A DNA stretch of 64,000 nt from Candidatus Melainabacteria bacterium RIFCSPHIGHO2_02_FULL_34_12 (lineage in GTDB: Bacteria; Cyanobacteriota; Vampirovibrionia; 2-02-FULL-35-15). The DNA lies in NCBI GenBank assembly GCA_001784555.1, contig MFRM01000005.1:99802-163801 (forward strand). The letters are read 5' to 3'. The notes under the pieces are model-generated. The model was not told where the DNA came from, did no database searches, and saw only the letters and a program-made list of their open reading frames with translations. Made by a program: the position numbers and the translations under genes. Positions 46,974 to 56,420 of this stretch are shown piece after piece. How positions within the stretch are numbered: the stretch's first letter is position 1; every line of letters begins with the position of its first letter.

Positions 46974-49712
46974 TTAAAACAAATCTATCAATTCTTCCTC
47001 TGCTGATTTTGAACTTCCGCTGCCTGGTCTGACTTTAACAGATTCTACTTTTGGTCTTTTTTCTTTTTCTCCCGGAATAGTTTCTACAAGCGCTTCTTCA
47101 GGCGGAAGATCTTTCACTGGGGCTGATTCAAATGATTTTACTGCCTGAGGCTGACTTTCAGACGGAGTAGGTGCTGTACCTAGCTCTTGTGATTGTGCTC
47201 CACTTTCAACATAACCTTTTAAATCTATTACTTTGTTTGAAATCATAACAGTGCCAGGCTTTGTGGTAAAAGGTGTATATAAAATTGATTGCTGAATTGC
47301 CCTGGCATCATATGCAATTCTGCCTAAAGCATTACTTGAGATTTGAATTTTACCCCTGTCTTCATTATCTACAATAAGTGCACCGTTAATTGAAACGTTT
47401 CCATCTATTCTTAAATTCCCTTTTACATAAATTATTCCATTAAAATCAACAGGACTTCTACTGTCTCCTCTTATTTCTACATCGCCTATGGGTCTGCCCT
47501 GATTATCTGCCCTGGTGTCTATTATTAAAATCCCTTTTCCTGCAAGAACATTATTTTCATCGTAAGTAGGAGTTCCGTCTACATATGTGAGTAACATATA
47601 TCCCACAGGAATATCATTTTCATCTCTAGGAATAGTCCCGTCACTTGTATATAAATCAGCAAGTTCTGCATATTGCTCAATGTTTGTTCTAAATAAGTTT
47701 CTTGCATTTGCAGACTGTGGAATGCCCAGCGCAAAATCTTTTGGAATAATGTGTTTTTCTGCTTCTGTGCCCTCAATTTTTTCTTTTGAGATTATTGGTG
47801 GCACAAACTGAAATACCTGATCGCCCTCATAATGAAAATCTTTCAAGCCTGGAGGTACCAACTCAATAGTATTTCTTCCTATATTACTCACCACTGCATA
47901 ATCCAGCTCAGAAAGTCTGTCGCTTTCTTTATAAACTGCTACTAACGAACCTGGTGTAAATCCAACCTCTGCCGGTGATTTTGGCAAAGGGGGCGTAGTT
48001 TCTGTGCCTGTATTTGTGTCAATTGGTTCTGATGGTTCTTCCGGAGGTCCTTCTACTACCAGATTAGTATTTGAAATATATGTAGGTTCTGTGAGTGTAG
48101 TCATAGCTGTTGTAGCTCCGAGTATCTGATAACTTCCCCCATCAAAGGAAATCTCTCCATTAGTAGTAACTGCACTTTGGATATTTGGGATCTGTCTTTG
48201 GACTACTTCACTGACGGTTCTGGTTATTTTCCCTACCATTGCTGATGTTTCAAGTAACCATGTAGTTTCAAGATCAATATTTGCAAAAGGACTTAATTTT
48301 TCTTTCTCTGTCAGATCTTCTTCCTCCTCTTCTTCTTGTTCAACAAGCTCTTCTTCGGGCTCTTCTTTTTTCTCTTCTTCCTTTTTTTCTTCAAGCTCCT
48401 CTTCCTCGTCAATTATAGGAAGCAGGTTTTCTACCACTCTAAGTCCAAGTAACGTTAAACTAGAAGTTACTACAGCTGTGTTATTAGTTATTTCAATATG
48501 ATCCTCATCAGGTGCAATAACATTAAAAATCCATGTATTTGATAGACCTCCTTCAGTTGCAACAACCAGTGAGTGAACACCAGGCTCAACATTTCTATCA
48601 ATGCTTAAGCTTATTAAAAGTTGTTTGCCGTTAGATAATTGATCTTTTAATTTTGGAATTATTCCGCAGACGTCAGGAACTACTACAGGAAGCCCTTTTT
48701 TCAAATAGAGCTCATCTCCGGAAACAGTAAGGTAAATATTTCTTTGTCCAGCCTTGATTTCAAGAAATTGTTTATTGTCATTTGTGGTTACCTCATAAAT
48801 AGCAGGTCTTAAGCTCCCATCAAAAGATGGGATTATATAAAATTCACCTCTGGCATTTTCCCAATAAAAATTATTTAACCCAGCCATTACATCCATTCCA
48901 ATTAAAAATTCAACTGTAGGACCAGCTTTAACATCTTCTATGACAATATTTTTATTTGAAAACCTGGGCTGGTGATTATATGAAAAGTTCTCTCCTGCTA
49001 CAAGAAACTCGGATCTTTTATTTCCTTCACTGTAATTTGGAGACAATGCAGTAATTTTTGGAATTGGAAGCTTAGCTTTATACGGTGTTTTTTGGTCCTG
49101 GACTATATCTTTAAGTTTAAGATTTATTTTTTTATCTTTGTAAACAACAACCATTGTTCCGGGATTTAAAACTGTTCCCTGCGGAATATCAATGTCTCCT
49201 ACCATTGAAATATTTGCTTCTGGTCTTAAAGCAGGGCTTTCTTCTGCTTGTTCCAATGGAGTTTGCGGTCGTTCTTGTTCTTCACTGGTGGTTTCTATTT
49301 CTTCAGGCGGCTCCCTAAATGTGATATATCTCAGGATCTTTAATATTTCATCTGCGTAATATTCATCAAAATCTTCTGTTACTTCACTAAATTCATCTTC
49401 AAAATCTTCTTCACCAAATTCTTCGAATCCTTCATCTTCTGATTCACTGCTCTTAAGTTTTTCTTCCTGCTTGGGAGAAGGTTTTATTTTTTGTTTTGTG
49501 TTTAGCCTTGCTTTTATTCTTTCATTTATTCCTTCACTAATTGCAATTGCAGCCATGGTATTCTGGTTTGATTGCATCTGGGAAAGATTTACAGACACAA
49601 GGAGATAAGATACTCCAACCAAGCCTGAAAAAATAAAGGTGAGAATTAAAGCAAAAGGAAGAGTTAAGCCGTATTCGTTTCTTTTGTTATTTATTGCCAA
49701 GTGAATGACCAT
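46974..49712 (-). CDS. large membrane-anchored protein, TadG/PilX-like N-terminus, acidic low-complexity middle, beta-rich C-term
   Basis: 912 aa; N-term KRNEYGLTLPFALILTFIFSGLV resembles TadE/TadG/PilX pseudopilin-like N-termini; poly-E/K tracts. Confidence 0.4.
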   Translation of the reverse strand: MVIHLAINNKRNEYGLTLPFALILTFIFSGLVGVSYLLVSVNLSQMQSNQNTMAAIAISEGINERIKARLNTKQKIKPSPKQEEKLKSSESEDEGFEEFGEEDFEDEFSEVTEDFDEYYADEILKILRYITFREPPEEIETTSEEQERPQTPLEQAEESPALRPEANISMVGDIDIPQGTVLNPGTMVVVYKDKKINLKLKDIVQDQKTPYKAKLPIPKITALSPNYSEGNKRSEFLVAGENFSYNHQPRFSNKNIVIEDVKAGPTVEFLIGMDVMAGLNNFYWENARGEFYIIPSFDGSLRPAIYEVTTNDNKQFLEIKAGQRNIYLTVSGDELYLKKGLPVVVPDVCGIIPKLKDQLSNGKQLLISLSIDRNVEPGVHSLVVATEGGLSNTWIFNVIAPDEDHIEITNNTAVVTSSLTLLGLRVVENLLPIIDEEEELEEKKEEEKKEEPEEELVEQEEEEEEDLTEKEKLSPFANIDLETTWLLETSAMVGKITRTVSEVVQRQIPNIQSAVTTNGEISFDGGSYQILGATTAMTTLTEPTYISNTNLVVEGPPEEPSEPIDTNTGTETTPPLPKSPAEVGFTPGSLVAVYKESDRLSELDYAVVSNIGRNTIELVPPGLKDFHYEGDQVFQFVPPIISKEKIEGTEAEKHIIPKDFALGIPQSANARNLFRTNIEQYAELADLYTSDGTIPRDENDIPVGYMLLTYVDGTPTYDENNVLAGKGILIIDTRADNQGRPIGDVEIRGDSRSPVDFNGIIYVKGNLRIDGNVSINGALIVDNEDRGKIQISSNALGRIAYDARAIQQSILYTPFTTKPGTVMISNKVIDLKGYVESGAQSQELGTAPTPSESQPQAVKSFESAPVKDLPPEEALVETIPGEKEKRPKVESVKVRPGSGSSKSAEEELIDLF

Positions 49713-49735
49713 ATCTTTTTTATAGCATATGGGCT

Positions 49736-50512
49736 TTATTCTTTAAGAGAAACTTCAGATTCTTCCCACTTAGGATTTTTCCATTGTGTACCGTCTTCAA
49801 ATATTACCCTGCCTACTCTTACACTGTAGGCTTCTCCATTTCGCTTTGAATCCAACTCATTATATTCAATAACTTTTTTCTCATAAGGGATAATTGGATC
49901 TGAGACTATAGTTTCCTTCATTAGTGTTTGGGTTTGTGTAAAAGGAATCCTTCTTTCCCAGATTAAGAGTGCTGAGTTAATTATTTTAGGTGTCTGATTT
50001 GAAAGTTTTACCCAGTATTGAAAGTCTACATTTTTTATTTTCAGAAATTGTGTTTTTGTGTTTTTGACATCTGCATCTACGATAAATAAAGGATCTTCTT
50101 GACTTGTAACTACCTCTAAATATCTTTTAGCTTTTTTTGTATCCTTAATTACTTGTTTGCGTTCATTTAGTCCTTGTCTTAAAACTATTTTTTTCTCATA
50201 ATTTTTTTGTCGAATTTCTGCTTTTTTTGCTCTTTCTTCTTCTATGAGTCTTCTTTTAATTTCTTTCTTTTCAAGTCTTTCTAATCGCTTTTTTTTCCTT
50301 GCTTCTTGTTTTTCTTTTTTAAGTCTTTCTTTAAGTTCTTTTCTTTCAAGTCTTTGTTTTTCTCGTAATTGAGCTGTTTCTGATGTAGGTGGTTCAGTTA
50401 CTTCTTTTTTTTCTGGTTCTGTTGTTTCTTGAGAGTAAGATATTTTTTGATTCACCGTAGATATCAGGCATATCAGTGTAATAGTTACAATAATTTTTTT
50501 TAAGTTTTTCAT
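49736..50512 (-). CDS. secreted K/E-rich hypothetical protein
   Basis: 258 aa; signal peptide; charged coiled-coil then globular C-term; sits between secretin and the 912-aa gene. Confidence 0.35.
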   Translation of the reverse strand: MKNLKKIIVTITLICLISTVNQKISYSQETTEPEKKEVTEPPTSETAQLREKQRLERKELKERLKKEKQEARKKKRLERLEKKEIKRRLIEEERAKKAEIRQKNYEKKIVLRQGLNERKQVIKDTKKAKRYLEVVTSQEDPLFIVDADVKNTKTQFLKIKNVDFQYWVKLSNQTPKIINSALLIWERRIPFTQTQTLMKETIVSDPIIPYEKKVIEYNELDSKRNGEAYSVRVGRVIFEDGTQWKNPKWEESEVSLKE

Positions 50513-50521
50513 AATATCTTT

Positions 50522-52216
50522 CTACCCACTTGGACTACCAATCTTAATAGCTCTATCTTTTTCAGCAGTTATATTTTCTTCAGGTATGTTTCTGATGGTG
50601 GGTGTAATAAGTACAATTAATTCACTCTGGCTCTTTTGTCTGTTTCTGTTGTTTATATAATCTCCAATAAGAGGAATCTTAGTTAAAAATGGTAATCCTA
50701 CTCTGTCTGTGGAGGTGTTATCAATTATTAATCCGCCAATTGCTACAGTTTCACCATCCCGAACCTGGACATCGGCATTAATTCTTCTTCTGGTAGTTGT
50801 TGCAGGAACAGTTACACCGTTTTGAGTAGTGGTTCCAGAATTATCTGAAACCTCAATTTGTATTTTTGCAGTAATTAAACCACCGGCACCAACTATTGGG
50901 GTAATGCTTAATGCAGTACCTGCAGTGATTCTTTGTAATTGTTGAGTAGCAACCACACCTATTTGTTGACCTTGTCCGGTTGCAGCACCTAATACAAGGT
51001 TAGTGTCCTGGTCAATATTTATCATCGCAGTTCTGCCGGAAAGTGAAACAAGTTTTGGGTATGCACGAACCTGTGCCAGTCCTGCTCTTTCAAGATAAGT
51101 GATTTGTTTATTAAAGATTTTCCACATATCTGCACTGAAGTCAAAAAGTGTAACACCTCTGGCTATTTTTCCTATGACAAATCCACTATCCCTGAATATT
51201 TGAAGATCTTCTGATGCTCTTTTTTGCACCTCAATTAATTTTAGTTCCAGCTCAACCTGTGGCAATGGCTTATCAATTCTATCCAGGAATTCTTTGATTC
51301 TTCTTAAATCATTTGGAGAACCGTCAGCAATAATCGAGTTTTGGTCATTGCTTATTCTTACGTTTGTTCTTACTTCTACAGGCAATAATGCCTGAACATC
51401 CATTGCTTCAAGATTCATAAGTGGAAACATCTTGGTTTCCTGACCCACTGTAAAGTTTTTATTTAGCCTGTTATAAATAACATAGGTTTCATTAGCATCA
51501 CCTGATGTAGTATAGTCGAATGATGTACCGCTTAGCACAAGCTTTAGTGCTTCTTCGATGTTTACATCTCTTACGCGACAGCTCACCCGCTCAGTAGGTG
51601 TGGCAGTAAGAACAATATCAATTCCGTACTTATTTGCAAGGTCTTTTAAAAGTGTTGCTAAGTCCTGATTATCGTATGATATGTCTGCAGTTCTTTCCAG
51701 TAGTGGCAGACTCTTGTCAACAGTAGTAGCTCCTAACCCAAAAATCATTATAGGATTTGCAGTGCCGCCTTTTATTACTGTGTAGCCGGTTCCAGTAGTT
51801 GTAAAATTTACCATTGATGCATCAATCAAGCTAAAAAAAGCTTCTTCAAAAGTCTGATCCTGGATTTCTATTACTGCAATGGTTTCATCATCTCTTATGT
51901 CACTTCCCACCGAAAGGCTTTTCCCGCTTATTCTTGCAAGGGTTGCAAAGGCATCTTTAATTGCGATGTTTCTTGCAGAAAAAGTAATTAAATCTTCACT
52001 GGGTATTTTTTTTGCCTCTTTTTTTGTAACAGACTCATCTTTTTTTGTTTTTTGATTTAAAATATCTTTCCCAAGTTCCGTTTCGATCGTAGGTGCTATG
52101 TCTAAATCAAAATCTTGGGCAATTACCTCACCTGAAGTGCAAATTAAGATAAATGCTAAAAGGAAAATTAAAAGTAAAAAAAGTTTTTTACTAAAATGTT
52201 TTATTATCTTTTTCAT
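50522..52216 (-). CDS. secretin (GspD/PilQ/RcpA-CpaC superfamily outer-membrane channel)
   Basis: 564 aa; signal peptide; two secretin N-domains; C-terminal secretin core ...VGLPFLTKIPLIGDYINNRNRQKSQSELIVLITPTI. Confidence 0.75.
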   Translation of the reverse strand: MKKIIKHFSKKLFLLLIFLLAFILICTSGEVIAQDFDLDIAPTIETELGKDILNQKTKKDESVTKKEAKKIPSEDLITFSARNIAIKDAFATLARISGKSLSVGSDIRDDETIAVIEIQDQTFEEAFFSLIDASMVNFTTTGTGYTVIKGGTANPIMIFGLGATTVDKSLPLLERTADISYDNQDLATLLKDLANKYGIDIVLTATPTERVSCRVRDVNIEEALKLVLSGTSFDYTTSGDANETYVIYNRLNKNFTVGQETKMFPLMNLEAMDVQALLPVEVRTNVRISNDQNSIIADGSPNDLRRIKEFLDRIDKPLPQVELELKLIEVQKRASEDLQIFRDSGFVIGKIARGVTLFDFSADMWKIFNKQITYLERAGLAQVRAYPKLVSLSGRTAMINIDQDTNLVLGAATGQGQQIGVVATQQLQRITAGTALSITPIVGAGGLITAKIQIEVSDNSGTTTQNGVTVPATTTRRRINADVQVRDGETVAIGGLIIDNTSTDRVGLPFLTKIPLIGDYINNRNRQKSQSELIVLITPTIRNIPEENITAEKDRAIKIGSPSG

Positions 52217-52357
52217 AAATTATGTGACTATATAACAAAAAAAAAGACAATTCATTTGAGTTAAGGTTCCATCTTGTAAGGTCATGGTTGTCCTGAACTG
52301 AATATATATCTTATGTTTATCTTAAACGATTATCTTTAACTGTGATAATGATAATCT

Positions 52358-53671
52358 CTACGTAGATTTACGCTTATGTTCTGTCTTAATCTTTTCAATT
52401 ATGTCTTTGACTTGTTGCTCTGAAAGACCGCTTGATATTCCGGAACCTTCTTCTTGTTTTGATTCCTTAAAATCACCTTTGACTACAGAGAAATTTGATG
52501 CAAGCCATGGTGTTGGAGAAGGTGCTCTGGGAGCATCCGGATCATTTGTTTTATTTGTATATGGATTATATCTGTCGATAATTGGATCAGTGTCTTTTTG
52601 TAATTTTTCTACTTCTTTTTGGATTACTTCATTGTGCTGTGCAGTTAATGATTGTTTTAAAATATTCTTTTCTTCATTAACATCTGCTTTAGCAGGAATT
52701 ACAGTGGCAGATTCAAGCAATGATGAGCTGGTACCTGATACACTGGCAGGTTTTTTTGGATCAATTACTTTTGTAGGCTGAAGAGGTCTTTGTTGTTGTT
52801 CTCTGGCAGACGGAGTAATTATCTTTACATCAGGCGGAGGTTGCATTTCTTTTAGCTTTGTAACCACACTGACAAGAGCAGGCTTCTTAGCTTCTTCCCT
52901 AAGTCTTCTTGCTTCCTGAGCTGCCTGTCTGGCAGCTTCTCTTGCTTGAATAAGTGCAAGCTTTGCAGCCTCTTTTGCTTTTTTAAGTCTTTCTTTTTCT
53001 TGATGCTTTTCTGATTTTACTCTTTGTTTTTCAGTACGGATTCTTTCTTTTTCAGCACGTTTTTCAGCTCTTAATCCTTCTTTTTCCTGTCTAAGAACCT
53101 GACGTAATTTGTCTTTTTCTTTTCTTAAATATTCTTTTTCTTTTTGAAGGAGTTTCTTTTCTCCCTCCCTTGCTTTTTTAACCCTTAATTTTAATTTTTC
53201 ACGGGCTTTCTTTTCCTTTATTTTTTGTTTTTTCTTTAAAAGCTTTATCTTAAGTGCTTTTTTAATTCTAAGTTTCCTTAGCTTATCAAGCTTTGCTCTG
53301 AGTTTCTTTTTCTTTTTTTCTCTTTCAGCACGAATCCCAGTTAATTTTTTAATCTGAGCTAGTTTTTTAGCTTTTATTTTTTTATCTTTTAGAAATTTTT
53401 GCTTTTTAAGTTTTGACTTAAGAAGTTTAAGCTTTTTCTTTAATGTCTTGTCTTTTTTACCTTTTTTTGAGCCTTTTAACTTTTGAAGTTTTAATTTATC
53501 TTTCTTTTTACTTTTTAATTTCTTTGAGCTTTTTGCAGAACCAAAATCAAAAGATAAGCCACTATATAGCTTTTTTCTTTCAAGCTCACAATCCCTACAG
53601 GATCCAGGCCTGTAGTCTACTGTGTTCTTTGTGCTTAGCTTTATCCCGCAAACCTTACAAAATTCTGCCAT
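52358..53671 (-). CDS. N-terminal zinc-ribbon, extremely Lys-rich coiled-coil protein
   Basis: 437 aa; CKVCG...CRDCE then ~250 aa of K/E/R repeats, Pro/Ser-rich tail. Confidence 0.4.
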   Translation of the reverse strand: MAEFCKVCGIKLSTKNTVDYRPGSCRDCELERKKLYSGLSFDFGSAKSSKKLKSKKKDKLKLQKLKGSKKGKKDKTLKKKLKLLKSKLKKQKFLKDKKIKAKKLAQIKKLTGIRAEREKKKKKLRAKLDKLRKLRIKKALKIKLLKKKQKIKEKKAREKLKLRVKKAREGEKKLLQKEKEYLRKEKDKLRQVLRQEKEGLRAEKRAEKERIRTEKQRVKSEKHQEKERLKKAKEAAKLALIQAREAARQAAQEARRLREEAKKPALVSVVTKLKEMQPPPDVKIITPSAREQQQRPLQPTKVIDPKKPASVSGTSSSLLESATVIPAKADVNEEKNILKQSLTAQHNEVIQKEVEKLQKDTDPIIDRYNPYTNKTNDPDAPRAPSPTPWLASNFSVVKGDFKESKQEEGSGISSGLSEQQVKDIIEKIKTEHKRKST

Positions 53672-53851
53672 GTATTTACTTAAACTCTACTCTCCAATTT
53701 AATAGTATAGAGTAAAAGTACATTTCTGGCCAAGAGATTACTACATACTGTCGTTAAATTATTATGTATATTGGACAGTTTAGAGGATAAAGCTAGAATT
53801 TTTAAATTCTTATTCTGATAATCCGGTATCCGATCTTCTGATTCTCTGAAA

Positions 53852-53924
53852 GGGCCCATAGCTCAGTTGGTAGAGCGTTTCGTTCGCAACGAAGAGGTGG
53901 CGGGTTCGAATCCCGCTGGGTCCA
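53852..53924 (+). tRNA. tRNA-Ala (anticodon CGC)
   Basis: cloverleaf with G3:U70 wobble pair, anticodon loop TTCGCAA, T-loop GGTTCGAATCC. Confidence 0.8.
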
Positions 53925-53935
53925 GAGAACAATTA

Positions 53936-53963
53936 GTAGAGCCGCGATTAATCGCGGCTCTAC
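53936..53963. repeat. 28-bp GTAG...CTAC palindromic element (perfect) between tRNA-Ala and sigma factor 3' ends
   Basis: gtagagccgcgattaatcgcggctctac is its own reverse complement; T-rich flanks on both strands, so a possible bidirectional terminator. Confidence 0.85.
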
Positions 53964-53967
53964 TGTC

Positions 53968-55023
53968 TTATATTCCTTTTACAAGTGACAAAAGATGTTT
54001 TCTCATGCTTATGTTACTTCGTAACTTATAAATAGCACGTACTTCAATTTGCCTTACTCTTTCTATGCTAATTTCCAGCATATGTGCTATTTCAATTAAA
54101 CTTCTTTCTTCGCTTATTTGCAAATTTTCGTTTATTCTAAATTTTAGCCTGATAACTTCTTTTTCTCTTTCAGTTAGAAGTGAATCGATTGCTTTATTAA
54201 CCTCGTCTGATAATAATTTTTGATCTGATTTTTCATCAGAGGTTATTTCTATTTCTTCAGTTTCAAGCAAATCGCCAAGACTTGAGTCTTGTTCATTTCC
54301 TACTGGCAGGTCTAGAGATATCGGCTGAATTTCTGACTTAAGAACTTTTTCTATTTTTTTCTTTGGGAAACCTGTTGCAATTGAAAGATCTTCAATATTT
54401 GGCTCTCTCCCCAGTGCAGAAGGCAATGCTTCTTTTGCCTTTCTTAATTTAAGAAGTACTCCTTGAATAGAATTTGGCAATCTGATTATTCTGCTTTTTT
54501 CGGAGATAGCTCTTGTTATTGCCTGCCTGATCCACCAGGTAGCGTAGGTGGAAAATCTATATCCAAGCCTATAATCAAATTTTTCAGCTGCTTTAATTAA
54601 TCCAAGATTACCTTCTTGAATTAAATCTAAAAGATCTAGACCTTTTGAATTATATTTTCTGGCAATACTAACCACAAGCCTTAGGTTTGCCCTTATTAAT
54701 TTTTGTCTTGCAATGTGTGCTAATTTTTTTTGTTTTAAAGTAGCGTTATCAGTTAAACCTTCAGAGAATATCCTTGCAAGTCTAAGTTCTTCATTTGCTT
54801 TTAAAAGCGGTGTTTTAGAAATCTCTTTTAAATAAGTAACAAGAGCATTGTGAGCCTTTCTGTCTGTGTCCACTTTGTCTAAATTTGTGTTTAAGTGTTG
54901 ATTAAGAAAGTCCTCAATTTGAAAGCCTTCATTAACCCCCTCTAGAAACTCAGCATCGTCCATATCTTCAATATTTAGATTTTCCATATTTTTTATAGCT
55001 TTCCTGTAATAGGAAATATCCAC
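53968..55023 (-). CDS. sigma-70 family RNA polymerase sigma factor (compact RpoD-like)
   Basis: 351 aa; region 2 [28 protein letters not shown]; region 4 HTH. Confidence 0.8.
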   Translation of the reverse strand: MDISYYRKAIKNMENLNIEDMDDAEFLEGVNEGFQIEDFLNQHLNTNLDKVDTDRKAHNALVTYLKEISKTPLLKANEELRLARIFSEGLTDNATLKQKKLAHIARQKLIRANLRLVVSIARKYNSKGLDLLDLIQEGNLGLIKAAEKFDYRLGYRFSTYATWWIRQAITRAISEKSRIIRLPNSIQGVLLKLRKAKEALPSALGREPNIEDLSIATGFPKKKIEKVLKSEIQPISLDLPVGNEQDSSLGDLLETEEIEITSDEKSDQKLLSDEVNKAIDSLLTEREKEVIRLKFRINENLQISEERSLIEIAHMLEISIERVRQIEVRAIYKLRSNISMRKHLLSLVKGI

Positions 55024-55135
55024 TTTTAGAGCTTATTTTCACGGGGGCGGCCCTATGTAACCTTAGTAAATTCAATTTTATTTCTTATATAAATTCTGTT
55101 TTTAAGGGGTACAGCGAAAAATCAAAAATGAGTTT

Positions 55136-55675
55136 TTAAACAAGATTTATGAACATTATGTATCCGTCCTGAAAATTCCCGTCAGATTTTTTTATAGCAT
55201 TTGGAATTGTACCTATAATTTTAAAGCCAAGTTTTTGCCACAGATTTACAGCAGGTTTGTTTTCTTTAAAAACAAGATTAAAAATAATTCCTCTATAACC
55301 CATCTCTTTTGCAATGTCAATAGAACATTTCCCAAGGTGAAAACCAATTTTTTGTCCTCGATATTCTTTTCCGACAATGTATCCACAGTTAGCAATGTGT
55401 GATGAATTTCCGGCAAAGTTAGGTTTTAAATAAAATCCTCCGGCAATTTCTTTACCCTTCTTACAGATAAGAACTTTTGACCCTTTTGGGAAGAAGTAAC
55501 CAAGAAAGTCATCAAAACTATATGGCAACGTATGCGGATAAGAATCCCCTTCTTTAATTATTTCAAGAAAGAGTTCATATAATTCTTTTCTTTCTGAATC
55601 TGTACAAAAGTCAAAAGAAAAGCCTTTACTGGACAGTTCATTATTTTGAATTCTTAATAATAAATCGTTTATCAT
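55136..55675 (-). CDS. GNAT family N-acetyltransferase
   Basis: 179 aa; GNAT-like acetyl-CoA binding motif QKIG/GHLG. Confidence 0.65.
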   Translation of the reverse strand: MINDLLLRIQNNELSSKGFSFDFCTDSERKELYELFLEIIKEGDSYPHTLPYSFDDFLGYFFPKGSKVLICKKGKEIAGGFYLKPNFAGNSSHIANCGYIVGKEYRGQKIGFHLGKCSIDIAKEMGYRGIIFNLVFKENKPAVNLWQKLGFKIIGTIPNAIKKSDGNFQDGYIMFINLV

Positions 55676-55750
55676 AGTTTATTAAAAGTATAACTTATTA
55701 ACTACTACGTTATTCTAATGCAAAATAATCAGGTTTTACCAACTAGGCTT

Positions 55751-55790
55751 TTTAATAAAACGAGGCTTGTCTGATTTACTCAGCAAGCCG
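55751..55790 (-). terminator. intrinsic terminator on minus strand upstream of GNAT gene
   Basis: minus strand GGCTTGCTGA-GTAAA-TCAGACAAGCC then TCGTTTTATT; preceded by a second 9-bp-stem hairpin at 55806-55844. Confidence 0.5.
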
Positions 55791-55947
55791 AGTGGTCTAT
55801 GGAAAGGCAGCTCTGAGGAGCAACGTCACCGCAAGAGCTGCCTGTGGTAATAACATAACTTATTAGAGATAATAAAAAAAACAATTATTTCATATTTCCA
55901 AGGCGGGGTGTAGAATGGAGATTGTTAATTAAAGAAGGATTATTTTA

Positions 55948-56391
55948 ATGAAAAGTATAGACTCCGAAAATCAAATTTCTTGTTTAGTGGATTATGGCAT
56001 TGTTTATTCAAAAAGAGATATGATTAGAATTTTAAGAGATCTGGATCGTGTTGAATATATAGATATGATTGATAATCTTTCTGTAGCAAAAGGCGAAGGT
56101 TTTGTAATTGAAGTTTATGCAAATTCATATGACTCAACCATAGTGTTTAATAACAGACTTCATATTAATGTTAATGGCTTTGACTTTCTGAAAATAAAAA
56201 CTACCCCTGAAAAAATTATTGAACTTATTTCTGGTCACAGAATAATAAGATTAAAACCACTTACAAATATTTTAAAATCAAACCAAGCAGCAATAGAAGA
56301 AGAAATTGATGAACAAAGAATTGCTCTTGCCAGCCAGTTTGGCTGTGATAATGAAGTAGAGATGGATTATACGGATCAGGGGAATTTATGA
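55948..56391 (+). CDS. hypothetical protein
   Basis: 147 aa; SD aagga upstream. Confidence 0.4.
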   Translation: MKSIDSENQISCLVDYGIVYSKRDMIRILRDLDRVEYIDMIDNLSVAKGEGFVIEVYANSYDSTIVFNNRLHINVNGFDFLKIKTTPEKIIELISGHRIIRLKPLTNILKSNQAAIEEEIDEQRIALASQFGCDNEVEMDYTDQGNL

Positions 56392-56392
56392 C

Positions 56393-56420
56393 GATAGAGA
56401 CAGGATCACCCTGTCTCTAC
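56393..56420. repeat. 28-bp GTAG...CTAC palindromic element, intergenic; supplies TAG stop of scpB
   Basis: gatagagacaggatcaccctgtctctac; starts 2 bp after the TGA of the upstream plus-strand gene. Confidence 0.8.

Noticed and set aside
53590-53622. Hairpin ccctacaggatccaggcctgtagtctac in the Zn-ribbon gene
   Set aside because: Its polarity is reversed (CTAC outside on the left, GTAG on the right) and the arms are only 7 bp; it is not a clear family member, though it could be a rearranged remnant.
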